This document shows, piece by piece, positions 38,616 through 51,943 of a stretch of 64,000 bases of DNA (the first letter of the stretch is position 1; every line of letters starts with the position of its first letter). The translations under genes and the position numbers were made by a program. The notes beneath the pieces are model-generated. The model was not told where the DNA came from. It searched no databases and saw nothing but the letters and a program-made list of their open reading frames with translations. Where the stretch lies: positions 1,440,001-1,504,000 of the forward strand of contig OY969695.1 of assembly GCA_963701965.1 (NCBI GenBank). Direction: 5' to 3'. This stretch comes from an uncultured Gemmatimonadales bacterium. GTDB taxonomy: Bacteria > Gemmatimonadota > Gemmatimonadetes > Gemmatimonadales > Gemmatimonadaceae.

Positions 38616-40630
38616 CAGGACACCGCTGCGGGTTCCAGAACGGTCTGATACCCGCTGCGCGCGCGCGCGCGATCGGCTTGTGGCCACATGACGATCAGCC
38701 CGCCGAGTGCCATGATCAAGCCACCGTACCACACCCACCACACCAGTGGATTGAACGTGATCCGGATCTCGGCCGTATCTTCGTTCGTCGCGCCGGCGAG
38801 GACGACGTACACGTCCTGGGCGAGACCTTCCTGGATGCCGACGGCCGTCGACGGCTCGAACGTGCCGTTGCCTCGGCTGTCGAAGTGCTGCCGTTTCTCC
38901 GTCTCGATGAGTGGCATCGGCTTGCCGTCCCGCGTGGGCTTGAGCGTGACGGCCACCACGTGCCGGTTGAGTTGATCGAACGATGACAACCCCTGGCTGA
39001 CGAACCGCCAGTGATGCCCGTACGGGTCCACCGTCTCGAACGCCTCACCCGTATGCAGCGTCACGTCGTTCTCGCGCTTGAACGCCAATCCGGCGAATGC
39101 GCAAAACAGGATGACGACGCCGGCATGCACGATATACCCGCCATACCGCCGGCGATTCCGCCCAATGAGGCGGACGAACGCCACGATGACGGACTCGTCA
39201 TACATGCGCTGTCGCGCCGTCACGCCCTTGTAGAACTCCTGCACGATCGTGCCGGCCACGAATGCCGCCAGCGTGTAGGCGACGACCGCGTGCCATTCCC
39301 GCATGCCGCCGGCCAACAGGAGGGCCGCGGCCGACAGACCGGTGAAGACCGGCATCGCGAATTGCCGGCGCAGGTTCGCGCTCGATGCCCGCCGCCAGGC
39401 GATGAGCGGGCCGACCCCGGTCAGCGCCAGGAGCAGAAGTCCGAGCGGAATGTTGACCGCGTTGAAGAACGGCGGCCCGACCGTGATCTTGGACCCCCGC
39501 ACGGCCTCGCTCAGGATCGGGAAGAGCGTCCCCCACAACACGGAGAACGCGATGCCCACCAGCACCAGGTTGTTATAGAGAAAGGCGGCCTCGCGGCTCA
39601 CCATGCTCTCCAACTCGGCCGTCGCCTCGAGGTCCTTGAGCCGGGTCGCGACGAGATAGGCCGTCACGACCACCGAGATCGTCAGCAAGGCGGCGAACCA
39701 GGTCCCGACCGGCGACTGCGCGAACGAATGCACGCTGGAAATCACGCCGCTCCGCGTAATGAACGTGCCCAGGATCGCCAGCAGAAACGTGGACACGACC
39801 AGCACGACATTCCACTTGCGGAGCATGCCCCGCTTTTCCTGGATCATGATCGAATGCAGGAACGCGGTGCCCGTCAGCCACGGCAGGAGCGACGCGTTCT
39901 CCACCGGATCCCAGGCCCAGTACCCACCCCAACCCAGCTCGACGTAGGCCCACCACATGCCGAGCGTGATGCCGATGGTGAGAAAGAACCACGACACCAG
40001 GGACCAGCGGCGCACCGCGGCCAACCATTCCGCGTCCAGCCGGCGCGTAATGAGCGCCGCGATCGCGAACGCGAACGGGATCGTCGTCGCCACGTAGCCC
40101 AAGTAGAGATTGGGCGGGTGGATCGCCATGCCCGGATTCTGCAGCTGCGGATTCATCCCGTTGCCGTCGGCCGGCGTCCAGTCGAGCCGCTCGAACGGGT
40201 TGGCGCCGAAGCACAACGTCGCCAGAAAGAACAGCATCACCGCCGCCAGGGTCCCGGCGACGTACGGCATGAGCACGGCGTTCTTTCGGCGATTCGTCCA
40301 CAGGGCGATCGCCGAGTACGTGCTCAGCACCAGACACCAAAACAGCATCGACCCCGCTTGCCCGGCCCAAAACGCCGTCAGCGTGTACACCGCGGGCAGG
40401 TTGGCGCTCGTATGCGAGGCGACGTATTTGATCGAGAAGTCGTGCGTGAGCAGCGCGGTCCAGAGGCCCAGGGCCGCCAACACCACGAATCCCCACGTCG
40501 CGTAGACCCCGCGCACCCCGCTCGCCACCAAGTCGCGGCGCCGCAACGCGCCGCCGGCAAACGACACGATCATCGCCCAGGCGGCCACCAGGAGGCCAAC
40601 CCAGAGCGACAGCTCCCCAATCAGGATCAT
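38615..40630 (-). CDS. ccmF: Cytochrome c heme lyase CcmF
   Basis: WAYVELGWGGYWAWDPVENAS, SVHSF. Confidence 0.98.
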   Translation of the reverse strand: MILIGELSLWVGLLVAAWAMIVSFAGGALRRRDLVASGVRGVYATWGFVVLAALGLWTALLTHDFSIKYVASHTSANLPAVYTLTAFWAGQAGSMLFWCLVLSTYSAIALWTNRRKNAVLMPYVAGTLAAVMLFFLATLCFGANPFERLDWTPADGNGMNPQLQNPGMAIHPPNLYLGYVATTIPFAFAIAALITRRLDAEWLAAVRRWSLVSWFFLTIGITLGMWWAYVELGWGGYWAWDPVENASLLPWLTGTAFLHSIMIQEKRGMLRKWNVVLVVSTFLLAILGTFITRSGVISSVHSFAQSPVGTWFAALLTISVVVTAYLVATRLKDLEATAELESMVSREAAFLYNNLVLVGIAFSVLWGTLFPILSEAVRGSKITVGPPFFNAVNIPLGLLLLALTGVGPLIAWRRASSANLRRQFAMPVFTGLSAAALLLAGGMREWHAVVAYTLAAFVAGTIVQEFYKGVTARQRMYDESVIVAFVRLIGRNRRRYGGYIVHAGVVILFCAFAGLAFKRENDVTLHTGEAFETVDPYGHHWRFVSQGLSSFDQLNRHVVAVTLKPTRDGKPMPLIETEKRQHFDSRGNGTFEPSTAVGIQEGLAQDVYVVLAGATNEDTAEIRITFNPLVWWVWYGGLIMALGGLIVMWPQADRARARSGYQTVLEPAAVS

Positions 40631-41067
40631 GTGGCCCGCTGCTGGTAACCAGGCGTCTGGCGATACTTGGCCGGCGCGTTTTCATACCGGGACGCGCATT
40701 TCGCCAACAACGTCGTCGCCCGGAACGTGCCGTCGCGCCCCAACCGTCCCTCGACGACGACATCGACGCCGTCGGCGAACGTGTCCGGTGTCAACCCGCG
40801 GTAGACCACCGGATACGTCCGCGCGCCGTCCGAGACACGGAATGCGACCTCCCGGCCGCCCGGGTCGCGGGTGATCGAGCCCGGCACCACGCGGGCGCCC
40901 ACCTTGACGCCGGTCTCGACGAACGAGGGATCCTTGGCCACGCGCGTCGCCAATTCCTGGGGCGTCAGGTAGTACTCGCCGGTCTGCTGGATGGCGTTCG
41001 CCATCAGGTAGCCCGCACCGCCGAGGATACACAGGCCGCCCACGAGCCATTTCGTGCGGGGATGCAT
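40627..41067 (-). CDS. ccmE: Heme chaperone CcmE (CxxxY variant)
   Basis: YYLTP, PDTF...VVVEG, LLAKCASRY. Confidence 0.93.
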   Translation of the reverse strand: MHPRTKWLVGGLCILGGAGYLMANAIQQTGEYYLTPQELATRVAKDPSFVETGVKVGARVVPGSITRDPGGREVAFRVSDGARTYPVVYRGLTPDTFADGVDVVVEGRLGRDGTFRATTLLAKCASRYENAPAKYRQTPGYQQRAT

Positions 41068-41072
41068 CGTGC

Positions 41073-41279
41073 CTACTCCTTCGTCGACTTCGTCGCGGCC
41101 TGACGGACGCGCGCCATGATCGCTTCCAGCTCGCGCTCCGCCTGGGCCCGCTCTTCCTGGGTCCAGGCGCCGGTCAACCGGCGAAAATCCCGAACGCGTT
41201 CCAGCATTTCATCGATTACCGCGCGCAACTCCAGATTCGCGCGGCGTTCGCTTGGTTGCTCCGATGGGCGATTAGCCAT
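41073..41279 (-). CDS. Small helical hypothetical protein (68 aa)
   Basis: MANRPSEQ...ERRANLELRAVIDEML. Fills the gap between glpK and ccmE. Confidence 0.6.
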   Translation of the reverse strand: MANRPSEQPSERRANLELRAVIDEMLERVRDFRRLTGAWTQEERAQAERELEAIMARVRQAATKSTKE

Positions 41280-41295
41280 GCCCGAACAATATAGA

Positions 41296-42761
41296 TCATT
41301 GTCCGCGTGCCCAATGCAGGGCCGTGTCGACCGCGGCGGCCCAACCGGCCGCGCCGTCCCGCGCCGCGCCCTGCCCCGCCCCCGGCGCGAATCGCGTGAA
41401 CCGCCGACCGGCCAGGAACTCGTCCGCGGAACGCCACACGCCCGTGGCCAATCCGGCGAGGCCCGCGGCGCCGGCGGCGGTCGTCTCGACCATGTCCGGG
41501 CGCTCAACGGTCATCCCCAGGACATCGGCCTGAAACTGCATCAACCAGTCGTTGAGGGCGGCGCCGCCGTCGACCCGCAACGTCTCCCGGTGCGCGTGCA
41601 TCGCGGCCAGCACGTCGGCCGTGGCGTAGGCCATGGCTTCCAGCGCCGCGCGAACAATGTGCGCCTTGGTGGTTCCGCGGGTCAGGCCGACGATCGTGCC
41701 GCGGGCCCGCGACTCCCAATGGGGTGCGCCAAGGCCGGTCAACGCCGGGACGAAATACACGCCGTCGGTCGAACCGACGCTTCGCGCCAGCGTCTCGGTC
41801 TCGGCCGCCGAGCCGATCAGACCGAGCCCATCACGGAGCCACTGCACGGCGGCGCCGGCGATGAAAATGGCCGCCTCGCTGGCGTAGCATGCGTCGCCGC
41901 GCGCGTCGCAGGCCAGCGTGGCCAGCAGGCCGCCATCGGCAGTCGGGCGCACGGTGCCCGTGTTGACGAGAAGAAACGCACCCGTGCCGTAGGTGACCTT
42001 GCCCGCGCCCGGCGTATGGCATCCTTGGCCGAAGAGCGCGGCCTGCTGATCGCCGGCGATCCCGGCGATCGGGATCGCGGCGCCGAACAGCGCCGGGTCA
42101 GTCGTGCCAAATGGTCCCGCCGACGGGCGTACTTCGGCCAACGCGCGGGTCGGCACGCCGATCAGCTCGCCGAGCGGCGCGCTCCATGTGCGCTTGTCGA
42201 TGTCGAACACCATCGTGCGCGAGGCGTTCGTGGGCTCGGTGGCGTAGACGCGGCCGCCAGTCAGGTTCCAGAGGAGCCACGTGTCGACGGTGCCAATGCG
42301 CACGTCGCCGGCGGCCGCCCGCCCACGCCACCCGTGGTGGTCGAGCAGCCACGCCATCTTCGTACCCGAGAAATACGGATCGAGCGTGAGGCCGGTACCG
42401 GACTGGATCATCCGGGCGTGAGGCCCGAGCGCGGCGACCGCCGGGGCGGTCCGCCGATCCTGCCAGACGATCGCCTTGGGCGCCATCGCCGGGGCCGCCG
42501 GGTCCCAGGCGACAACGGTCTCGCGCTGATTCGTCAGGCCGAGCGCGCGGATCGCATCGGGCCGCACTCCCGCGCGCTCGATCGCCTCGCGACCCGCGAG
42601 CACTGTGCGCTCGAACAGCTCGGTGGGATCGTGCTCGACCCAGCCGGGCTGGGGAAAGTGCTGCGTGATCTCGCGGTAGCCCCGACCTACCACGCGCGCT
42701 GCCTCGTCGAACACGAGGGCGGTGCTTCCGGTCGTCCCCTGATCCAGGGCGAGAACGTAGC

Positions 42762-42765
<4 letters not shown>
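41296..42765 (-). CDS. glpK: Glycerol kinase
   Basis: LALDQGTT, TNQRET, WQDRR, GDQQAALFG, GLGAPHW. GTGA overlap with mtnA. Confidence 0.96.
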
Positions 42766-43763
<998 letters not shown>

Positions 43764-43772
43764 GGCCGTAAT

Positions 43773-44801
43773 CTATTGCTTGCTACGCCGCGAGCCGCTG
43801 GCGCGCCGCCGCCGCTCCGGAAAGTATTCCTCGAGAAATGCCGCGAGCGCCGCTTCCTCCCGCGTGCACCGGGCGAGCAAACGGCACGGGCCGGTGAGAT
43901 ACGGCACGATCGTGGCCCCGTGATCCAGATACTCGGCGATCACGATCGGGTGAACGTACGATTTTCGGCTGATGGCCGGCGTGTTGCCCAACTCCTGCGC
44001 GACGACGCGGATCGCGGCCACGACGTTGTGTTTGGCCAGGCGATCGCTGGCCGCCGGCCCGGCCGCGGCCAACGCCACGGCACACGCGAGCGTGCCGCCC
44101 CACGTCCGAAAGTCCTTGGCGGTGTATGGGACGTTCACCAACTCGCGGAGATAGCGATTGACGTCCCGCGCCGACAGGTCGCACCACCCGTCGCCGCTCT
44201 CGTACCGAAAGAGATGCCGGCCCGGAGCGCGGCGCAGGCCCGCGATGAACGTCGCGAGCTGCCGGTCCCGGACGCTGTGGCGCTGGGGGATGGCCCGCTT
44301 GCCGCGGTAGTGGAGGGTGACACAATCGCCCGCGACCGAGACGTGGGTTTTCCGCAAGGTGGTCGCCCCGTAGGACTTGTTCTCCCGTTCGTATCGCTCA
44401 CTGCCGACGCGGAGATACCCTTCGGCGATGAGGCGCACGACGGCGGCGGAGACCCGCGTGCGCGTGTACCCCTCGCCGCGGAGATCGGCGGCGAGACGCT
44501 TGCGGATGGTCGGCAGATGGGCGCCGAGCCGGGCGATCCGGTGAAATTTTCGCAGCGCCCCGCGGGCAACGGCTCGGGGATGGTAGCGATACTGCCTCCG
44601 TCCCCTCGCGTCGAACCCCCACGCCTGGATGGCGGATCGCGCATTGACGGCGATGTGGACATCGCGGTAGGCCGGCGGGATGCGCAGGGCATCGATCCGC
44701 GCCAGCGTGCCGCGATCGCGCACCGGACGGTCGCCAGGCTGGGTGTATCGAAATCCGGAAAGCGCCGTTCCCGTGCGGGTGATCCACTGTCGTTCGGCCA
44801 T
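43773..44801 (-). CDS. DNA topoisomerase IB (bacterial, poxvirus-like)
   Basis: IPPAYRDV, GRRQYRYH, LRVGSERY, AKDFRTW, LGNTPAISRKSYVHP. Confidence 0.93.
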   Translation of the reverse strand: MAERQWITRTGTALSGFRYTQPGDRPVRDRGTLARIDALRIPPAYRDVHIAVNARSAIQAWGFDARGRRQYRYHPRAVARGALRKFHRIARLGAHLPTIRKRLAADLRGEGYTRTRVSAAVVRLIAEGYLRVGSERYERENKSYGATTLRKTHVSVAGDCVTLHYRGKRAIPQRHSVRDRQLATFIAGLRRAPGRHLFRYESGDGWCDLSARDVNRYLRELVNVPYTAKDFRTWGGTLACAVALAAAGPAASDRLAKHNVVAAIRVVAQELGNTPAISRKSYVHPIVIAEYLDHGATIVPYLTGPCRLLARCTREEAALAAFLEEYFPERRRRASGSRRSKQ

Positions 44802-44817
44802 GTGGGCGAAACAGCAG

Positions 44818-44832
44818 GCAAATGGCGTGCCG
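44818..44832 (-). promoter_or_regulatory. sigma54-like -24/-12 element upstream of topoisomerase IB
   Basis: CGGCACG-CCAT-TTGC with exact GG-N10-GC spacing, 16 nt before the ATG. Confidence 0.5.
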
Positions 44833-44870
44833 CGATGGCGCTCTGCGACGGCGCGGTTAGATTCTTTGGC

Positions 44871-45650
44871 GTGCCGCACCAATCTGTTCTTTCCACCGTC
44901 GCCGAGCGGATCGCCACGATCACGCTCAACCGTCCCGACAAGCTGAACGCGCTCAACCACGTCACGATCAGCGAGTTGGGCACCGCGATCGCCGAGGCGC
45001 GCGCCGATCCGCTGGTCGGGGGCATCATCTTGACCGGCGCCGGCCGGGGATTCGCCGCGGGCGCCGACATCAGCGAGCTGAAAGGCTTGACCGCCGTGGA
45101 GGCCCAGGCGACGTCGGAGCGCGGCCAGCGCGTTTTCCGCGCGTTCGAGACATCGCCCAAGCCGGTCATTGCGGCCGTCAACGGGTTCGCGTTAGGCGGC
45201 GGGTGTGAGCTCTGCATGGCGTGCCACATTCGGATCGCGGCCGAAGCGGCCAAGTTCGGGCAGCCCGAGGTCAAGCTGGGGCTCGTGCCGGGGTACGGGG
45301 GCACCCAGCGCTTGCCGCGCCTGGTGGGCGCCGGACGCGCTTTGCACCTACTCCTGACGGGCGAGACCATCGACGCGGCGGAAGCGCTGCGCATCGGCCT
45401 CGTCACGCGCGTCGTGCCAGGCGAGAGCTTGGAGGCCACGGCGCGGGATGTCATGAAGCAGATCCTGGCCAACGGCCCGTTGGCGCTGGGCCTCTCGATC
45501 GACGCCGTGCACCGGGGACTGGGCATGGCGTTGGACGATGGGCTGACGCTGGAGTCGAGCTATTTCGGCACGCTGGCGGCATCGGCCGACGCCGCGGAAG
45601 GCACCGGAGCTTTTCTCGAGAAACGCGCGCCACGCTTTGCCGGCCGCTAG
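44871..45650 (+). CDS. Enoyl-CoA hydratase/isomerase
   Basis: ITLNRPDKLNAL, FAAGADI, GGGCEL, FGQPEVKLG. Confidence 0.95.
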   Translation: MPHQSVLSTVAERIATITLNRPDKLNALNHVTISELGTAIAEARADPLVGGIILTGAGRGFAAGADISELKGLTAVEAQATSERGQRVFRAFETSPKPVIAAVNGFALGGGCELCMACHIRIAAEAAKFGQPEVKLGLVPGYGGTQRLPRLVGAGRALHLLLTGETIDAAEALRIGLVTRVVPGESLEATARDVMKQILANGPLALGLSIDAVHRGLGMALDDGLTLESSYFGTLAASADAAEGTGAFLEKRAPRFAGR

Positions 45651-45661
45651 GGCGCTCGGGG

Positions 45662-46744
45662 GTGTGGCTCCGGCATCTCGAGATTCGGGACTTTCGGAAC
45701 CTCGCCCGGATCGCGGTCGATGTGCCGCGTGATGGCCTCGCGGTGATCGGGGACAACGGGCACGGGAAGACCAGCCTCCTCGAGGCCATCTACTATCTGC
45801 ATCTCTTACGGTCCGTGCGGGGCGCGCGCGACGTGGACGTCGTCCGCTTTGGCGCGCCCGCGTTTCACGTGCGCGGGGAGACCGAGCGCCGATCCGTCGG
45901 CGTGGGATACGAGCGCGTCGGCAAGCGCAAGCGGGTGACGCTCGACGGCGTGGAGCCGGGGCGGCTGACTGACGCATTGGGGGCCGTGGCATCGGTGATG
46001 TTCTCACCCGCCGACGTCGCGCTCGTGCGCGGCGCGCCGTCCGAGCGCCGCCGCTATCTGGACATCATGCTCGGCGTCACGTCGCCGCCGTACCTGCGCG
46101 CGCTGCAGGGGTACCGGGCGGCGCTGGCCCGTCGGAACGCGGCACTGCGGGCGGGCGGCGTCGCCCACGTCGCGGTCTGGGAACAGCCGCTCGCCGAGCA
46201 CGGCGCCGTCATCTGGACCGAGCGCGCGGCGTGGGTCCAGCGCTCGGCGCCGGCGCTCACGCGCCTGGCGGCCGCTGTCGGGGAAGACGCCCCAGTCACG
46301 ATGCGATATCAGAGCGCCGTTCACGCGAACGGCGAGCGCATCGAGATGACGTTAGTCAAAGCGCTGGCCGAAGGGCGCGCGCATGACCTCAGGCGAGGGC
46401 TGACGCAGACGGGCGTACATCGGGACGACCTGGTCCTGACGTTGGGCGGGCACGACATCCGGATCTTCGGCTCGGCGGGACAACAGCGCACCGTGGCGAT
46501 CGCGCTGCGCATGCTCGAAGCCGACACACTCCGCGGGCACGTGGGAACGGCGCCGCTCTTCCTGCTCGACGATCCGTTCGCCGAGCTGGACGGAGACCGG
46601 GCGCAGCGGATCCTCGCGCTGTTGCGCGATCGGGGGGATAGACAGACTGTTCTCACCGTTCCCCGGGCGACGGATATCCCGCCCGAGTTGACGAACCTCG
46701 AGCAATGGCGAGTCGTGGCGGGCGCCGTGATGCGGGCGGGCTGA
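45662..46744 (+). CDS. recF: DNA replication/repair protein RecF
   Basis: FRNL, GDNGHGKTSLLEAI, GVHRDDL, GSAGQQR, LLDD. Confidence 0.95.
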   Translation: MWLRHLEIRDFRNLARIAVDVPRDGLAVIGDNGHGKTSLLEAIYYLHLLRSVRGARDVDVVRFGAPAFHVRGETERRSVGVGYERVGKRKRVTLDGVEPGRLTDALGAVASVMFSPADVALVRGAPSERRRYLDIMLGVTSPPYLRALQGYRAALARRNAALRAGGVAHVAVWEQPLAEHGAVIWTERAAWVQRSAPALTRLAAAVGEDAPVTMRYQSAVHANGERIEMTLVKALAEGRAHDLRRGLTQTGVHRDDLVLTLGGHDIRIFGSAGQQRTVAIALRMLEADTLRGHVGTAPLFLLDDPFAELDGDRAQRILALLRDRGDRQTVLTVPRATDIPPELTNLEQWRVVAGAVMRAG

Positions 46745-46747
46745 CCC

Positions 46748-47038
46748 ATGGACAAGATCGGAGACGTGCTTGCCGACTACCTGCGCACGTCCGGCTTGGC
46801 GGAGCGCGTCGAGCAAGCGGGCGTGATCCCGGAATGGCCCAGGTTGGTGGGTCGGGAGATCGCGGCCGTGACCGTGCCGCTCCTGGTGACGGCCGACGGG
46901 ACGCTTTTTGTCGGGGTCGCGTCGAACCCCTGGATGACCGAATTATCACTCATGGAACCTCAGCTGTTGGCGTCCTTGAACGGGGCGAATGTCGACCGTC
47001 CACCCATCGTGAGGATCCGCTATCAGATACGCGGATAA
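46748..47038 (+). CDS. dciA: DciA (DUF721) protein
   Basis: WPRLVG..IA, GTLFVGV.SNPWMTEL. Position between recF and gyrB. Confidence 0.85.
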   Translation: MDKIGDVLADYLRTSGLAERVEQAGVIPEWPRLVGREIAAVTVPLLVTADGTLFVGVASNPWMTELSLMEPQLLASLNGANVDRPPIVRIRYQIRG

Positions 47039-47052
47039 TTCGTTGCAAATAA

Positions 47053-49264
<2,212 letters not shown>

Positions 49265-49267
49265 GCG

Positions 49268-50596
49268 CTAAGTATACGGCGCGATGCCCGCGGCGGTGAT
49301 CCGGTGGCTCACCAGCGGCAGATACGGTTCCGGCGCGTCGGTGATGCGAATCGCCTGGCCGAGCACGGCACGCCCGACATCGAGTCCGGCCGCGTCGCGC
49401 GCGTGGATCGTGGCCAGCGGTTGTCCGGCCTCGACGCGGTCGCCGGGCTTGATGCCGATCACGAACCCGACGGTCGGATCGATCCCGTCGCTGGTGCGGG
49501 TGCGGCCACCGCCCAGCGCCGTGATGCCGCGGCCGATGGCCCGTGGCTCGATACCGGCGATGTATCCGGCCGCCGGCGCATCGTAGCGTTCGGTCACCGG
49601 CGCCTGCGGTAGCACGGCCGGGTCGTCGACGACGCCAGGGTTTCCTCCCTGGGCCTCGATGATCTCCTGGAACTTGCGCGCCGCCGCGCCCGACGCGATC
49701 GCGTCCTGCAACAGGTCGAGCGCTCCGGCCCGATCCGCCGCGGCGCCCCCGAGCAGCAGCATCTCGGCGCCGAGCGCGTACGTGACCGTCATGAGATCGG
49801 CCGGTCCCTCGCCGGTAAGCGCGAGGATCGCTTCCTCGGTCTCGAGGACGACGCCGCAGGCGCGCCCCAGCGGGCGGTCCATCGCCGTGACGAGGGCGAC
49901 GACCGGACAGGCCTGGGTCGCGCCGAGCGCGATCATGCCCTGGGCCAGGGCGAGCCCATCGTCGAGCGACGGCAGAAACGCGCCCGACCCCCTTGTGATG
50001 TCGAGCACGAGTCCGCTCAGCCCTTCCGCGAGTTTCTTGCTCATGATGCTGGCCGCGATGAGCGGGATCGACTCCACCGTGGCCGTCGCATCGCGGAGCG
50101 CGTACAGCAGCCGGTCCGCGGGGGCCAGCTCAGCCGTCTGCCCCATGAGCACGCACCCCACGCGATCCAGCTGCGCCGCCGCCTCGGCGAGCGTCAGATC
50201 GGTCCGAAACCCGGGAATGGCTTCCAGCTTGTCGAGCGTCCCGCCCGTGTGCCCGAGACTGCGGCCCGAGATCATGGGGACGGTGACCCCGAGGGCGGCG
50301 ACGAGGGGCGCCAGGACGAGCGACACTTTGTCCCCCACCCCGCCGGTCGAGTGCTTGTCCACCCGGCAGCCGCGCCGGCCGCCGAGCATCGCGCCCGTGA
50401 CGCGCATCGCGTCGGTCAGCGCCGCCGTCTCGACCGCGTCCAGTCCATTCAGAAACGCCGCCATAAGCAGCGCCGCCATCTGGTAGTCGGGCACGCCGCC
50501 TGCGACGTAGTCCCGGATGAGCTCATGCCACTCGAGTGGCGCGATGCCGCCCCGGTCGCGCTTGCGCTCGATCAGCCTCAGGGGAAGTATGCTCAT
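49268..50596 (-). CDS. pdp: Thymidine/pyrimidine-nucleoside phosphorylase
   Basis: DKHSTGGVGDK, SGRSLGHTGGTLDKLE, SIMSKK. Confidence 0.95.
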   Translation of the reverse strand: MSILPLRLIERKRDRGGIAPLEWHELIRDYVAGGVPDYQMAALLMAAFLNGLDAVETAALTDAMRVTGAMLGGRRGCRVDKHSTGGVGDKVSLVLAPLVAALGVTVPMISGRSLGHTGGTLDKLEAIPGFRTDLTLAEAAAQLDRVGCVLMGQTAELAPADRLLYALRDATATVESIPLIAASIMSKKLAEGLSGLVLDITRGSGAFLPSLDDGLALAQGMIALGATQACPVVALVTAMDRPLGRACGVVLETEEAILALTGEGPADLMTVTYALGAEMLLLGGAAADRAGALDLLQDAIASGAAARKFQEIIEAQGGNPGVVDDPAVLPQAPVTERYDAPAAGYIAGIEPRAIGRGITALGGGRTRTSDGIDPTVGFVIGIKPGDRVEAGQPLATIHARDAAGLDVGRAVLGQAIRITDAPEPYLPLVSHRITAAGIAPYT

Positions 50597-50624
50597 TGAC
50601 GACCGCAATGGCGGCCCGTAGCTT
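50596..50624 (+). promoter_or_regulatory. sigma70-type promoter of the TPR gene
   Basis: TTGACG, 17-bp spacer, TAGCTT, 10 nt before ATG 50635. Confidence 0.55.
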
Positions 50625-50634
50625 GGCGCCGCGT

Positions 50635-51423
50635 ATGGGCTCGCGTTGGCCCCACACCATTTTCGGGTCGGCTGTCGCCGTCATCGTCTTTGCCCTTCCT
50701 CGCGCCGTTGTCGGACAGGACACGACCCGCCGCAACAGCAACATCGTCCTCGGCGACAGCCTGTACGCCGCGCGAAACGCATCGGCGGCCCTCGCCGATT
50801 ACGAGGCGGCGATCGCCGTCGACTCGCTCGACTACGAGGCGTTGTGGAAGGCGGCCCGGAGCGCGGTGGATCTGGGAGAGTTCGACCCCGACGAGCCGCA
50901 CCGGATCGCGCTGTTCCAGAAAGCCAGTGCCTACGCGCGGCGCGCCGTCGCGATGCATCCAGACAGCGCCACACCCCATTTTCACTTGGCCCGCGCCTTG
51001 GGGCGCGAGGCCCAGACGTACGGTCCGGGAAAGAAAGTGAAATACGCGAAGGAGGTGCGGGCCGAGGCGCTGGCGGCGCTGGCGATCGACTCCACGAACC
51101 CGGGAGCGCTGCACGTGATGGGAGTCTGGAACGCCGAGATCATGCGGTTGAGCGGGTTCTCCCGATTCATGGCCAAGAATTTTCTGGGCGGCGGCATCTT
51201 CGACCAGGCGAGCTGGAAAAGCGCGATCGACTACATGCAGCGGTCCGTCGCCAGTGACCCGAAACGGATCGTGCACCACCTGGATTTGGGCAAGATTTAT
51301 CAAGACACGGACGATCGACCGAAGGCAAAAGCCGAGTATCAGTTCGTCATCGACGCACCGATGACGGACTATAATGACCCCCACTATCAGGATGACGCTC
51401 GAGCGCGTCTCGCAAAATGGTAA
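50635..51423 (+). CDS. Secreted TPR-like protein
   Basis: Signal-like N-terminus and helical repeats (YEALWKAAR, PHFHLARALG, HHLDLGKIY). Start uncertain. Confidence 0.8.
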   Translation: MGSRWPHTIFGSAVAVIVFALPRAVVGQDTTRRNSNIVLGDSLYAARNASAALADYEAAIAVDSLDYEALWKAARSAVDLGEFDPDEPHRIALFQKASAYARRAVAMHPDSATPHFHLARALGREAQTYGPGKKVKYAKEVRAEALAALAIDSTNPGALHVMGVWNAEIMRLSGFSRFMAKNFLGGGIFDQASWKSAIDYMQRSVASDPKRIVHHLDLGKIYQDTDDRPKAKAEYQFVIDAPMTDYNDPHYQDDARARLAKW

Positions 51424-51553
51424 GAAACTTGCGGATATGGGAGACGGTTCCGACCGCCATTGGGCGGCAGGACAGGGGCGAGTCCCACGTCTCGTTGCAT
51501 CCTCGGGAGTGCAAGTGCAAGCCTCTCAACTTGTTGCAGCTACCGGTCCGCGC

Positions 51554-51943
51554 ATGAGCGCCAACGGGAAAACGGTTCTCCTCGTGGAGGACAACGAAGA
51601 CAATCGTATCGTCTATTCGACGATCCTCCGGCATTTCGGCTATCGCGTGATGGAGGCCTTGAACGGCGAGGAGGGGATTGCCAAGGCGAGAGCGGAGCGC
51701 CCCGATCTCATTTTGATGGATATCTCGATCCCCATTATCGACGGTTGGGAAGCGACGCAGGTGCTCAAGCACGACCCGGATACGCACAACATCCCGATCA
51801 TTGCGCTGACCGCCCATGCGCTCGCGTCGGATCGGGAAAAGGCAATGGAGGTCGGGTGCGATGGATACCTGGCCAAGCCCTGCGAGCCGCGCGCCGTGGT
51901 CGCCGAGGTCCAGCGCTTTCTCGGAAAAATCGAGACGGTGTAG
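51554..51943 (+). CDS. Single-domain response regulator (DivK-like)
   Basis: LLVEDN, LILMD, IIALTAHA, GCDGYLAKP. Confidence 0.95.
   Translation: MSANGKTVLLVEDNEDNRIVYSTILRHFGYRVMEALNGEEGIAKARAERPDLILMDISIPIIDGWEATQVLKHDPDTHNIPIIALTAHALASDREKAMEVGCDGYLAKPCEPRAVVAEVQRFLGKIETV

Noticed and set aside
51424..51553. TTGCA/TGCAA repeats upstream of the response regulator as an operator
   Set aside because: Short and degenerate; cannot be told from chance without comparative data.
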